Shown piece after piece: positions 20,337-30,172 of a stretch of DNA of 53,599 bases. The notes under the pieces are model-generated. The model saw only the letters and a list, made by a program, of their open reading frames with translations, searched no databases and had not been told where the DNA came from. Made by a program: the position numbers and the translations under genes. The DNA is taken from NCBI GenBank assembly GCA_020848475.1, contig JADKZZ010000052.1, forward strand, positions 1-53,599. Reading direction: 5' to 3'. This DNA is from Chitinophagales bacterium. Lineage in GTDB: Bacteria > Bacteroidota > Bacteroidia > Chitinophagales > JADIYW01. Position 1 is the stretch's first letter; every line of letters starts with the position of its first letter.

Positions 20337-20795
20337 TTATCTAAAGCTGTCTAATTCGATATCAAAAATGAGCACGGAATTCGCTGGAATAGAGCCGAAT
20401 TCACTGGCACCGTAGCCTAAAGCAGATGGTATCATTAGTTTTATTTTGCCGTTTTTTCCAATTTTTGGAATGCCTTCTTGCCAGCCTTTTATAACACCAG
20501 CCAAAGAGAATTCACGAGGCAATCCAGGGTCGTTGCTGTCAAATCGAACACCATCAGTAAAATAACCTTTGTAATATACTAAAACAGCAGAAGTAGCAGT
20601 AGGATTAGGCGCAGTGCCTGAATCACTTATGGCATAAAACAAACCAGTCTCAGTAGAATCAGCATTGATGGAATTGTCTGCAATATATTTTCTAATAATT
20701 TCTCGATCAATAGCAGCTTGATCAACACTTTCTTTTTTACATGCAAATGCGATAAATGGTAGTAAGAGTAGGAATAACTTGTAATTTAATTTCAT
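20337..20795 (-). CDS. FKBP-type peptidyl-prolyl isomerase lipoprotein
   Basis: Lipobox FIAFAC, FKBP core YYKGYFTDGVRFDSN...VIKGWQEGI...IPSALGYG...IPANSVLIFDIEL. Confidence 0.88.
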   Translation of the reverse strand: MKLNYKLFLLLLPFIAFACKKESVDQAAIDREIIRKYIADNSINADSTETGLFYAISDSGTAPNPTATSAVLVYYKGYFTDGVRFDSNDPGLPREFSLAGVIKGWQEGIPKIGKNGKIKLMIPSALGYGASEFGSIPANSVLIFDIELDSFR

Positions 20796-20809
20796 TTTTT
20801 GTTTCTTTT

Positions 20810-22435
20810 TTATACTTGAAATACGCCAACATTAAATTTTTCTATTGGTGCATTGTTGGCTGCTTCTACACCTTTTGAAATCCATTTTCTTGTTTCTAAT
20901 GGATCGATAACAGCATCTATCCACAACCTTGAAGCAGCATAATACGCTGATGTTTGTTTGGTATAACGTTCTTTTATTTCGGATAGTATTTTTTGCTTTT
21001 CTTCTTCCGGCAATTCTGTTTTATTTTTTGCTTCGAGCGAGCCTACTTGCATTTGCAAAATTGTTTTTGCCGCTTGATCGGCGCCCATTACTGCTATTTT
21101 TGCGCTTGGCCATGCTATTATTAATCTTGGATCATATGCCTTGCCACACATGGCATAATTGCCTGCGCCATAAGAATTGCCTGTGATAATTGTAAATTTT
21201 GGTACTGTAGAATTGGAAACAGCATTCACCATCTTTGCTCCATCTTTAATTATGCCGCCGTGTTCGCTTCTACTGCCAACCATAAAACCTGTGACATCTT
21301 GCAAGAATACTAATGGTATTTTTTTCTGATTGCAGAGCATAACAAAGCGCGCGGCTTTATCTGCCGAATCAGAATAAATAACACCACCAATTTGTACTTC
21401 GCCTTTTTTACTTTTCACGACGGAACGTTGGTTGGCAACAATGCCTACACTCCAGCCGTCAATACGTGCATATGAACAAACAATGGTTTGTCCGTAATCT
21501 TCTTTATATTCAACAAACTCAGAGTCGTCCACTAATCTTTTTATGATTTCGCGAACATCATAAGGTTTTGTCGTGGAAAAAATTCCATATATATCTTTCT
21601 CGGCTGCTTTTGGTTTTTTTGATTTAATTCTATCAAAACCTGCTAGCTCAAATTTGCCATATTTATTCACTAATTTTTTGATGGTATCTAATGCTTCTTT
21701 ATCGTCCTTGACTTTATAATCACAATCACCACTAATTGCAGTTTGTGTTGTTGCACCGCCTAATGTTTCTTTGTCCACATTTTCACCGATAGCAGCTTTT
21801 ACTAAATAGGGTCCTGCTAAGAAAATACTTCCCGTGCCATCGACAATGATACTTTCGTCACACATAATTGGCAAGTATGCACCACCAGCAACACAACTGC
21901 CCATGATGGCTGCAATTTGCGGAACGCCCATTGATGATAGTTTTGCATTGTTGCGAAAGACTCTACCAAAATTTTCTTTATCAGGAAAAATTTCATCTTG
22001 CATTGGCAAATAAACGCCAGCACTATCTACCAAATAAATAACAGGTAATCTGTTTTCTATAGCAATTTCTTGTGCTCTTAAATTTTTCTTGCCAGTAATC
22101 GGAAACCAAGCACCCGCTTTTACGGTAGCATCATTAGCAACAATCATACACTGGCGTCCAGCAACATATCCAATTACTGCTATCACGCCACCACTCGGAC
22201 ATCCACCTTGCTCTGCATACATGCCGTCGCCTACTAATGCGCCAATTTCTATGTATTCACTGTTTTTATCGACTAAATAATCAATGCGTTCTCTTGCTGA
22301 CAGTTTGTTTTTAGCATGCTCCGCATCTATTTTCTTTTGACCACCACCTAAATGTATTTTTTGTAATTTAGATTTTAACTCATCAACTGCCAAACGCATT
22401 CCGTCTTCATTTGTATTGAAATCAATATCTGTCAT
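20810..22435 (-). CDS. acyl-CoA carboxylase carboxyltransferase (beta) subunit
   Basis: Two crotonase-like carboxyltransferase halves (GGGQKKIDAEHAKNKLSARERIDYL, GSCVAGGAYLP, GNSYGAGNYAM). ATG at 22435 (MTDIDFNTNEDG) gives 541 aa. The track's 611-aa version runs through the SRP RNA locus. Confidence 0.88.
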   Translation of the reverse strand: MTDIDFNTNEDGMRLAVDELKSKLQKIHLGGGQKKIDAEHAKNKLSARERIDYLVDKNSEYIEIGALVGDGMYAEQGGCPSGGVIAVIGYVAGRQCMIVANDATVKAGAWFPITGKKNLRAQEIAIENRLPVIYLVDSAGVYLPMQDEIFPDKENFGRVFRNNAKLSSMGVPQIAAIMGSCVAGGAYLPIMCDESIIVDGTGSIFLAGPYLVKAAIGENVDKETLGGATTQTAISGDCDYKVKDDKEALDTIKKLVNKYGKFELAGFDRIKSKKPKAAEKDIYGIFSTTKPYDVREIIKRLVDDSEFVEYKEDYGQTIVCSYARIDGWSVGIVANQRSVVKSKKGEVQIGGVIYSDSADKAARFVMLCNQKKIPLVFLQDVTGFMVGSRSEHGGIIKDGAKMVNAVSNSTVPKFTIITGNSYGAGNYAMCGKAYDPRLIIAWPSAKIAVMGADQAAKTILQMQVGSLEAKNKTELPEEEKQKILSEIKERYTKQTSAYYAASRLWIDAVIDPLETRKWISKGVEAANNAPIEKFNVGVFQV

Positions 22436-22576
22436 GCCATAAAAATAAGAATAAAACATGAAATGCAAAAAATGTAACGAACCCTTCATGCAATAACTAT
22501 ATTTTAGATGGCATATAATGATAGCACATAAAATGTAATTTAACTTTATTTTCATTTGAAATCCTGAATAATAGTA

Positions 22577-22584
22577 TATCTTTG
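22577..22584 (+). promoter_or_regulatory. -7 promoter box TATCTTTG of the SRP RNA gene
   Basis: Exact TAnnTTTG. A TTTG (-33-like) ends at 22558, 18 nt upstream. The RNA helix starts about 6 nt downstream. Confidence 0.55.
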
Positions 22585-22587
22585 CAG

Positions 22588-22690
22588 TCGGGCAAGTCTT
22601 ATACGACCAGCTCCTGACAAATCCTCCAGGGTCGGAAGGCAGCAAAGGTAGTTGGTTGAGCGGTGCGCTGTAAGTAACTTGCCTTTTTTT
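22588..22690 (+). ncRNA. ffs: small bacterial SRP RNA (4.5S type)
   Basis: Terminal helix GGCAAGT (22591-22597) pairs with ACTTGCC (22677-22683). The apical region CCAGGGTC-GGAA-GGCAGCAAAGG matches the conserved domain IV (E. coli CAGGUCC-GGAA-GGAAGCAGCC). A T8 run follows. Confidence 0.8.
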
Positions 22691-22717
22691 TGTGCAATTT
22701 CTTATTTTAGTATATAG

Positions 22718-22746
22718 CTGCTTCCAAATGTGAAGCAGTTTTTTTA
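22718..22746 (+). terminator. second hairpin plus T-run downstream of the SRP RNA
   Basis: CTGCTTC-CAAATGT-GAAGCAG followed by TTTTTTTATTTTT. It overlaps the track's GTG start at 22730. Confidence 0.55.
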
Positions 22747-22756
22747 TTTTTATTCC

Positions 22757-23011
22757 ATGCCAATTCCACAGCCTAATAATCCATTACATGGTATAACGCT
22801 AGAGAAAATGTTGCGTTATCTTTTAGCATACTATACTTGGGAAGGACTATATAATCAAGTGCCTGCTAATTGTTTTAAAAACAATCCTTCAATTAAGTCG
22901 AGCTTGACATTTTTGCGTAAAACGCCATGGGCACGTCAGCGCCTTGAAACTATTTATATTTATATCACACGAGACGGCGTTAATGAAGAGTGGTTCGCAT
23001 TTGAAGAGTAA
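22757..23011 (+). CDS. VF530/DUF2132 family protein
   Basis: NPLHGITLEKML..YY.WEGL....CFKNNPSIKSSLTFLRKTPWARQRLE matches the DUF2132 signature as I recall it. ATG at 22757. Confidence 0.75.
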   Translation: MPIPQPNNPLHGITLEKMLRYLLAYYTWEGLYNQVPANCFKNNPSIKSSLTFLRKTPWARQRLETIYIYITRDGVNEEWFAFEE

Positions 23012-23086
23012 GTTATTTTGTCGGTTTCTTAATGTTAATACTACTTAAGTTGTGTTGTTCATTTAGGACTTACGCTACAAATATTG

Positions 23087-23094
23087 TATCTTTG
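23087..23094 (+). promoter_or_regulatory. -7 promoter box TATCTTTG
   Basis: Exact match 20 nt upstream of the ABC-F ATG. Confidence 0.5.
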
Positions 23095-23107
23095 CAAAAA
23101 TTTTTAA

Positions 23108-24742
<1,635 letters not shown>

Positions 24743-24784
24743 TTAAACTATTTGCAGCACTGTTTTTATTTGTATCTTTATTTT

Positions 24785-25756
24785 ATGATACACAATTTTC
24801 AATCTGCTTTATGTATAAACAATACGCATCTTCCATTTGGTGTGTATGATGATTTAATTTCAAATGTTGATACTACTGTTTGGGACAAGCAAGGTTTAGT
24901 TACAAAAAAAAGACGAACAGAACGTAAAACATGGATATTTGTTGGTGTTTTTAGTCCTGAATTAATAGCTGGATTTGCCATCGCAGATGCTGGTATGGTT
25001 GCTACAGCATTTTCCTATTTTTACTCTTTTAAAGATGGCATTTTTGTAGAAGATAAGACTACTGTTCCATTAGGATTTCCTCAAAGTTTTAATCCAAATT
25101 TAGATTCGGAATGGACACTTGGTAATTATTCTATTAAAACGATAAATGGCAAAATGACTTTACAGTATCTTGGCAAATATAAGATGTATATCGAAATAGA
25201 AAACACAAAACAAGGCGCCAGTATTGTTGCTCCATCAAAAGGAAATAGGCCATTTAATTTTACTTATAAAAATGTGTGTGTGCCGGTTAAAGTACAAATC
25301 AATAATGGAGGTATAAGCACTTATGCAACAAGTGGTAATTATGGTTCTATTGATTTTACAAAAGGCTTTCCTCCAAGAGAAACTATTTGGAATTGGCTTT
25401 CCTTTATTGGCAAAACAGAAAGCAATAAAAATATAGCTGTTAATTTAGTAGATCGATTTAATGATAATATGGAAAATATACTTTGGGTCGATGGTCGTAA
25501 AATACTATTATCTGCAGCCACATTTTCCTTTAATGAACCTTTAGATAAAACAGATTGGCTAATAGCCACAAAAGATGGTATTTTAAATTGTCATCTTTCA
25601 CCAAAAGGCGCAAGGAAAGAAAACGTAAATGCTTTAGTTTTAAAAAGTAAGTTTATTCAGCCTTATGGTATATTAGATGGCACCATTAACATCGATGGAA
25701 ATATTGAAAAATTTACTGCGTTTGGCGTTGCTGAAGACCATCATGCAGTTTGGTAA
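24785..25756 (+). CDS. conserved hypothetical protein (possibly DUF2804)
   Basis: Continuous ORF with no signal peptide. The family guess comes from size and a WNW..F motif only. I chose the ATG at 24785. Confidence 0.5.
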   Translation: MIHNFQSALCINNTHLPFGVYDDLISNVDTTVWDKQGLVTKKRRTERKTWIFVGVFSPELIAGFAIADAGMVATAFSYFYSFKDGIFVEDKTTVPLGFPQSFNPNLDSEWTLGNYSIKTINGKMTLQYLGKYKMYIEIENTKQGASIVAPSKGNRPFNFTYKNVCVPVKVQINNGGISTYATSGNYGSIDFTKGFPPRETIWNWLSFIGKTESNKNIAVNLVDRFNDNMENILWVDGRKILLSAATFSFNEPLDKTDWLIATKDGILNCHLSPKGARKENVNALVLKSKFIQPYGILDGTINIDGNIEKFTAFGVAEDHHAVW

Positions 25757-25859
25757 TTAATTCAGAAATCTTATTTCATTTTTTCTACGTATTCATTAAT
25801 TAAATTAGGTATTCCTATTTTACCTCGATTTAGGTATTTCATTTAAAGCATACTACACG

Positions 25860-25867
25860 TACTTTTG
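25860..25867 (+). promoter_or_regulatory. -7 promoter box TACTTTTG
   Basis: TAnnTTTG match 85 nt upstream of the 25952 ATG, preceded by GTATTC direct repeats. Confidence 0.4.
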
Positions 25868-25951
25868 TAATCAATAATTAGTCTAAATAAAAATAGTTTA
25901 CGCCTGATTATTTTTGAATTTTATGTAATAACCTATTAAATCTATTAGTTA

Positions 25952-26893
25952 ATGAAAACTTTATTAAATTATTTAAAATCAAAGAATTATATCTTATATT
26001 CTTTGGTGTTGGTGCTGAGTTTTACAGCTTGTAAACAGTCATCGACGAAATCAGAAACGACAAGTGTATCTGGCAAAAAAATCGGTGTTTTATTGGTAAA
26101 CCATGGTTCTAGATCGGCTACATGGCGCAAGGCTTTGATGGATTTTGAAGATACAGTACGTGATTCTATTATTGCAGGAGCAAAAGTAAGTGGTGTGAAA
26201 ACTGCCTATATGGAATATAATGAACCCTCTATTGCTACTCGTTTAAAAGAATTTGATAAAGAAGCTTATTCTGATGTCATTATTATTCCAATATTTTTAA
26301 CTGTGAGTCCTCACTCTTTTGAAGATATTCCAACTATTATTGGCCAAAAGGAAGATCCAGAATCAATGGAAATGCTTAAAATTGAAAAGATTGAACGATA
26401 CACGCCGAAAGCGAAAACGCATATAACACCTTTATTAGATTTTACAGATATTTTACAGAAAAACGTATTGCGCAGAGCTCAAGCTTTATCTAAGAATGGT
26501 GCAAATGAAGGGCTTGTTTTAATTGGGTATGGTGATGAGACTTATGATAAAGAATGGGGCGAATTATTTGATAAGGTAGCAGCATTCGTAAAACAAAATA
26601 TTGGCATTAGTGAGCATAGTTATGGCTGGTGTGGACATATTGCAAATTATAATCCTGATGAAACGACAAAAGCAATCAATAAAGTATTATCCAAAAAATC
26701 AGCAGCAGTGGTCATTCCAGTTTTGGTAGCACATGATGAGATGTTCCAAGTAAAAATTATTGGCGGTGGTATTCAAAAAGTAGCTGGCTATAAAGATAAA
26801 GTGTTTTATAAACCAGATGCCATCTTGCCAGATCCAAATATTACGAGTTGGGTAATCGCTGTAAGTCAAGAATATGCCAATAAAATTCAATAA
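25952..26893 (+). CDS. lipoprotein with a class-II (CbiK/CbiX/IhtB-like) chelatase fold
   Basis: Lipobox LSFTAC. Two chelatase-like lobes: [11 protein letters not shown]....YMEYNEPSI....IIIPIFLT and [10 protein letters not shown]....[11 protein letters not shown]. Confidence 0.65.
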   Translation: MKTLLNYLKSKNYILYSLVLVLSFTACKQSSTKSETTSVSGKKIGVLLVNHGSRSATWRKALMDFEDTVRDSIIAGAKVSGVKTAYMEYNEPSIATRLKEFDKEAYSDVIIIPIFLTVSPHSFEDIPTIIGQKEDPESMEMLKIEKIERYTPKAKTHITPLLDFTDILQKNVLRRAQALSKNGANEGLVLIGYGDETYDKEWGELFDKVAAFVKQNIGISEHSYGWCGHIANYNPDETTKAINKVLSKKSAAVVIPVLVAHDEMFQVKIIGGGIQKVAGYKDKVFYKPDAILPDPNITSWVIAVSQEYANKIQ

Positions 26894-26901
26894 TAATAGT
26901 A

Positions 26902-27474
26902 ATGGATAAGTTGAAAGTAAGGAAATTAAGACGCTTAAACATTGCTACACATCGCGATTTAGGTTTTTTCTTTTCTACATTGATTATTGTGTATTGTCTT
27001 TCGGGCATTGCATTAAACCATATCAATGAATGGAATCCTGATTTTATCATACATAAAAAGACGATAAAAATACCTCAGCAACATCAACGTAATAATATTG
27101 GAAAAACAGAAATTGAAGCTTATGGCAAGTTGGTAGGAGAGTCGCACTATAAAATCTATGATTTTCCAACTAAAGATCAAGTCAAGATATATTACAACGA
27201 TGCATCATTGCATGTCAATTTTACAACGAAAGAAGGTGTGTATGAAAGTGTATCGCGAAGGCCATTGTTTTATCACTCTAATGTTATCCATAGAAATAGT
27301 GTAAAAGGCTGGAATTGGGTGTCCGATATTTTTGCCATTATGCTTATTATTATTAATATAACAGGCTTATTTATTTTAAGAGGAAAATATGGAATTTCGG
27401 GTAGAGGTAAGTGGTTAATGGCTGCTGGTACTTTGCCTCCATTATTAGTATTATTAATTAATGAATTAAGTTAA
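26902..27474 (+). CDS. PepSY-associated TM-helix type membrane protein
   Basis: Starts 8 nt after the chelatase-like gene. N-terminal RRLNIATHRDLGFFFSTLIIVYCLSGIALNH and a C-terminal TM pair are typical of PepSY_TM proteins. Confidence 0.6.
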   Translation: MDKLKVRKLRRLNIATHRDLGFFFSTLIIVYCLSGIALNHINEWNPDFIIHKKTIKIPQQHQRNNIGKTEIEAYGKLVGESHYKIYDFPTKDQVKIYYNDASLHVNFTTKEGVYESVSRRPLFYHSNVIHRNSVKGWNWVSDIFAIMLIIINITGLFILRGKYGISGRGKWLMAAGTLPPLLVLLINELS

Positions 27475-27487
27475 TTGCAATAGCAAT

Positions 27488-27523
27488 AAAAAAGAGATAA
27501 GAATTTATTCTTATCTCTTTTTT
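27488..27523. terminator. bidirectional intrinsic terminator between convergent genes
   Basis: Perfect hairpin AAAAAGAGATAAGAA-TTTA-TTCTTATCTCTTTTT. An A-run lies 5' and a T-run 3', so it reads as a terminator on both strands. Confidence 0.8.
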
Positions 27524-27594
27524 ATGTGTTATATTCAAATATTATATTATTGCTTTGTATGATAATACAAGTAATAAGGTAGTATGCATCATAG

Positions 27595-28407
27595 TTATTT
27601 AATTACTTCAAAATAACCAGAGTTGATAAATACATCTTTGTCATTATAAATATCTACCACGTATTTGCCAACTTTTTTCACGCTGATTTTAAATTTAAGC
27701 CAATTCCATGTCATGCTTTCTACACTATATGTTTCTCTTGAAACTTCTTCATCATATTTATCACCATAATAAACACTCACTTCAACTTCTTTGCATTTTA
27801 AATCATCAGCTTGTTCTAATTTTAGCATGATATCTCTCTTGCCATTTATTAATTTAAACTCAGTTGCTTCTCCTTTTACATTAGCATCGTTATCTACTTC
27901 ATCTCCAAATGTGATAGTGGAATTTTCGTAATAGTAGGTGTCGTATTCATCACCATCTTCATTGTCCGTACTTTTATCTTTATCACTCGGATTTTCTTTC
28001 ATGTAACCAATATTGGTATAAGTAGAAGCTAAAGGTTCATCGCCACTTCCCATCACAGAGATTCTGTAATCACCTGATTCCGTAAATTTGTAATCAAACA
28101 TAGCCCATTTTTTCTTATCTACTTTTGGGTCAAAAGTAAAGTCTTGTGTATCGAAGGCTGTATAACTGCCGCTTGTACTTTTTTTATCTACATACAGCAT
28201 TAATTTATCTTTGATATTTGTAGCTTGTGAGTAAATAATATAAACATAGCTTCCCGTTTTGCTGTCAACGTCCCAGTTTTTATTGATGCCAGAAGCTTCA
28301 CCAGTAGTTTTGTCGTAGCTCTCGCATAAAACGACTTTATTGCTTTGTGCAATGCAGACAGAAGTAAATAATACAAGCGATAATAGTAAGAGTGTAAGGT
28401 TTTTCAT
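27595..28407 (-). CDS. secreted two-domain protein with an acidic linker, unknown function
   Basis: Signal peptide. Two similar beta-rich halves end ..KKWAMFDYKFTESGDYRISV and ..WNWLKFKISVKKVGKYVVDI, joined by DKDKSTDNEDGDEYD. Confidence 0.6.
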   Translation of the reverse strand: MKNLTLLLLSLVLFTSVCIAQSNKVVLCESYDKTTGEASGINKNWDVDSKTGSYVYIIYSQATNIKDKLMLYVDKKSTSGSYTAFDTQDFTFDPKVDKKKWAMFDYKFTESGDYRISVMGSGDEPLASTYTNIGYMKENPSDKDKSTDNEDGDEYDTYYYENSTITFGDEVDNDANVKGEATEFKLINGKRDIMLKLEQADDLKCKEVEVSVYYGDKYDEEVSRETYSVESMTWNWLKFKISVKKVGKYVVDIYNDKDVFINSGYFEVIK

Positions 28408-28501
28408 ACATGATTTTTTTGTAAGTTATACAAATTTAATACCAAAATCAAGATAAAGAATACCCAATGTATGGTATTGTTGTCCAATAAATGAATTAAT
28501 G

Positions 28502-28509
28502 TATCTTTG
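28502..28509 (+). promoter_or_regulatory. -7 promoter box TATCTTTG
   Basis: Exact match 48 nt upstream of the UbiA-family gene. Confidence 0.45.
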
Positions 28510-28556
28510 CTTCGCTTTTAATACAGCCTTTTTTTTATACTTATTTCTAATAAAAT

Positions 28557-29537
28557 ATGAACTATTTAAAACTTATTCGTCCATTAAATTTATTAATAAT
28601 CGCACTCACGATGATATTGTTTCGTGTTTGTATTGTTGCGGCATCGCCATATAAATTATTTTATATTTCTACGGTATTGAGCACACTAGAATTTGCGTTA
28701 TTGGTACTAATTACGATAACTGTAGCGGCAAGTGGTTATGTAATTAATGACATTTTTGACGTTGAAATTGATGCCATAAATAGACCACATCGAGTAATCG
28801 TTGGACAACAAATTAGTGAAACTCAAGCATATAATTTTTATAAATTGTTATGTGGCATCAGCATTTTTGGAAGCATACTTTTGGCAATACTTACAAAGAA
28901 TATTAGACTATCTATGTTGCCATTGTTGTTGTTGGTGGTACTTAATTTTTATGCACATACTTTTAAAAAACAACTTATTGTCGGTAATTTTTTAATTGCT
29001 TTATTGTCAGCATTTGTAATTTGGTTGATAGCCTTATTTGAAACAACAGTAGTAAGCACAGACACAGATTTGCAAACGCAGGTAAAAAGTGGTATTGCAA
29101 TAGCTGGTTTTATGTATGGCTTATTTGCTTTTCTTACCACATTTATGCGCGAAATCGTAAAAGACCTTGAAGATATGGAAGGCGATAAGGCTGGCGATTG
29201 CAATACTATTCCATTTGCATTCGGCGTCGTAAAAGCAAAAATAATTGTAAGTGGTTTTTCTTTAATTATTCTAATGATTTTGAGTTTGTTTGTTTGGTTT
29301 TTCCCAAGTATTCAAATAAAAAATGTACCTATTTTTATAGTGATTTTACTTATTTTACCATTAATTTTCATAAATATTTTACTTTTTATTGCAAAAACAC
29401 CAAAAAGCTATAATTTTGTTAGTAATTTATTAAAGATTTATATGGTGCTTGGTATTGCTTCCTTGTTGTATTTTCGAAGTGGAATTGGTCCATATATATT
29501 TATGCAGTTTGCCAATTTTATTGAAAAGCTATTGTAA
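28557..29537 (+). CDS. UbiA-superfamily prenyltransferase, DGGGP-synthase-like
   Basis: N-terminal LIRPLNLLI, first Asp-rich motif NDIFDVEIDAINRPHR, second motif KDLEDMEGDKAGDCNTIPF, about 9 TM helices. Confidence 0.8.
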   Translation: MNYLKLIRPLNLLIIALTMILFRVCIVAASPYKLFYISTVLSTLEFALLVLITITVAASGYVINDIFDVEIDAINRPHRVIVGQQISETQAYNFYKLLCGISIFGSILLAILTKNIRLSMLPLLLLVVLNFYAHTFKKQLIVGNFLIALLSAFVIWLIALFETTVVSTDTDLQTQVKSGIAIAGFMYGLFAFLTTFMREIVKDLEDMEGDKAGDCNTIPFAFGVVKAKIIVSGFSLIILMILSLFVWFFPSIQIKNVPIFIVILLILPLIFINILLFIAKTPKSYNFVSNLLKIYMVLGIASLLYFRSGIGPYIFMQFANFIEKLL

Positions 29538-29545
29538 AACAAAGT

Positions 29546-30112
29546 ATGCTAAAGCCAAATAAAATTATTTTAGGTTCTCAGTCGCCAAGAAGAGTAGAGA
29601 TTTTAGCGGATGCTGGTTTTGATGTGCAAATTATCAAACCAAAAGTTGCTGAGCATTTTCCAGTTGAAATGAATTTGTACAAAATTCCTGAATATTTATC
29701 AAAGTTAAAGATGTTTGATGTGTATTCTTATTTAGGCGAAGACAATACAATGATAATTACTGCCGATACGATGGTTATTTTTAATAATAAACTTGTCGGC
29801 AAACCTAAAAATAAAGAACAAGCGCTCCGATTTCTTTCTTTGATGAACGGAAAACAACATCATGTAGTTACAGGAGTAACTATGCGTTTAAATAAATTAC
29901 AAATTTCTTTTTCTGAACAAGCAACTGTGTTTTTTAAAGATTTATCTGCTGAGGCAATTCAGCAATACATAGATAATTACGAAACATTAGATAAAGCTGG
30001 CGCTTATAACATACAAGAGTATAATGGCGTGGACCACATCGACGGCGAGTTTTTTAATGTAATGGGTTTGCCTTTGAAAAGAGTATTGCAAGAAATAAGA
30101 AATTGGAAATAA
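29546..30112 (+). CDS. maf: Maf-family nucleoside triphosphate pyrophosphatase
   Basis: IILGSQSPRRVEIL, ITADTMV and KAGAYNIQE motifs. Confidence 0.9.
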   Translation: MLKPNKIILGSQSPRRVEILADAGFDVQIIKPKVAEHFPVEMNLYKIPEYLSKLKMFDVYSYLGEDNTMIITADTMVIFNNKLVGKPKNKEQALRFLSLMNGKQHHVVTGVTMRLNKLQISFSEQATVFFKDLSAEAIQQYIDNYETLDKAGAYNIQEYNGVDHIDGEFFNVMGLPLKRVLQEIRNWK

Positions 30113-30172
30113 TTTTTTTAATAAAATATATTGCCAGAATTGAAGCAGCATCAATTTATTCTCCACGACCGA

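Noticed and set aside
22436-22645. 70-codon N-terminal extension of the carboxyltransferase ORF (the track's 611-aa version)
   Set aside because: The extension is hydrophobic, low-complexity, AT-driven sequence. It runs antisense across the SRP RNA gene and its promoter. The conserved protein begins at MTDIDFNTNEDG (ATG 22435).
25757-25951. Looked for a second cobalamin riboswitch upstream of the CbiK-like lipoprotein gene
   Set aside because: There is no B12 box (AGYCMGgAgaCCkGCc-like) or GGGAAGGC/GCCACT elements. Only short direct repeats are present.
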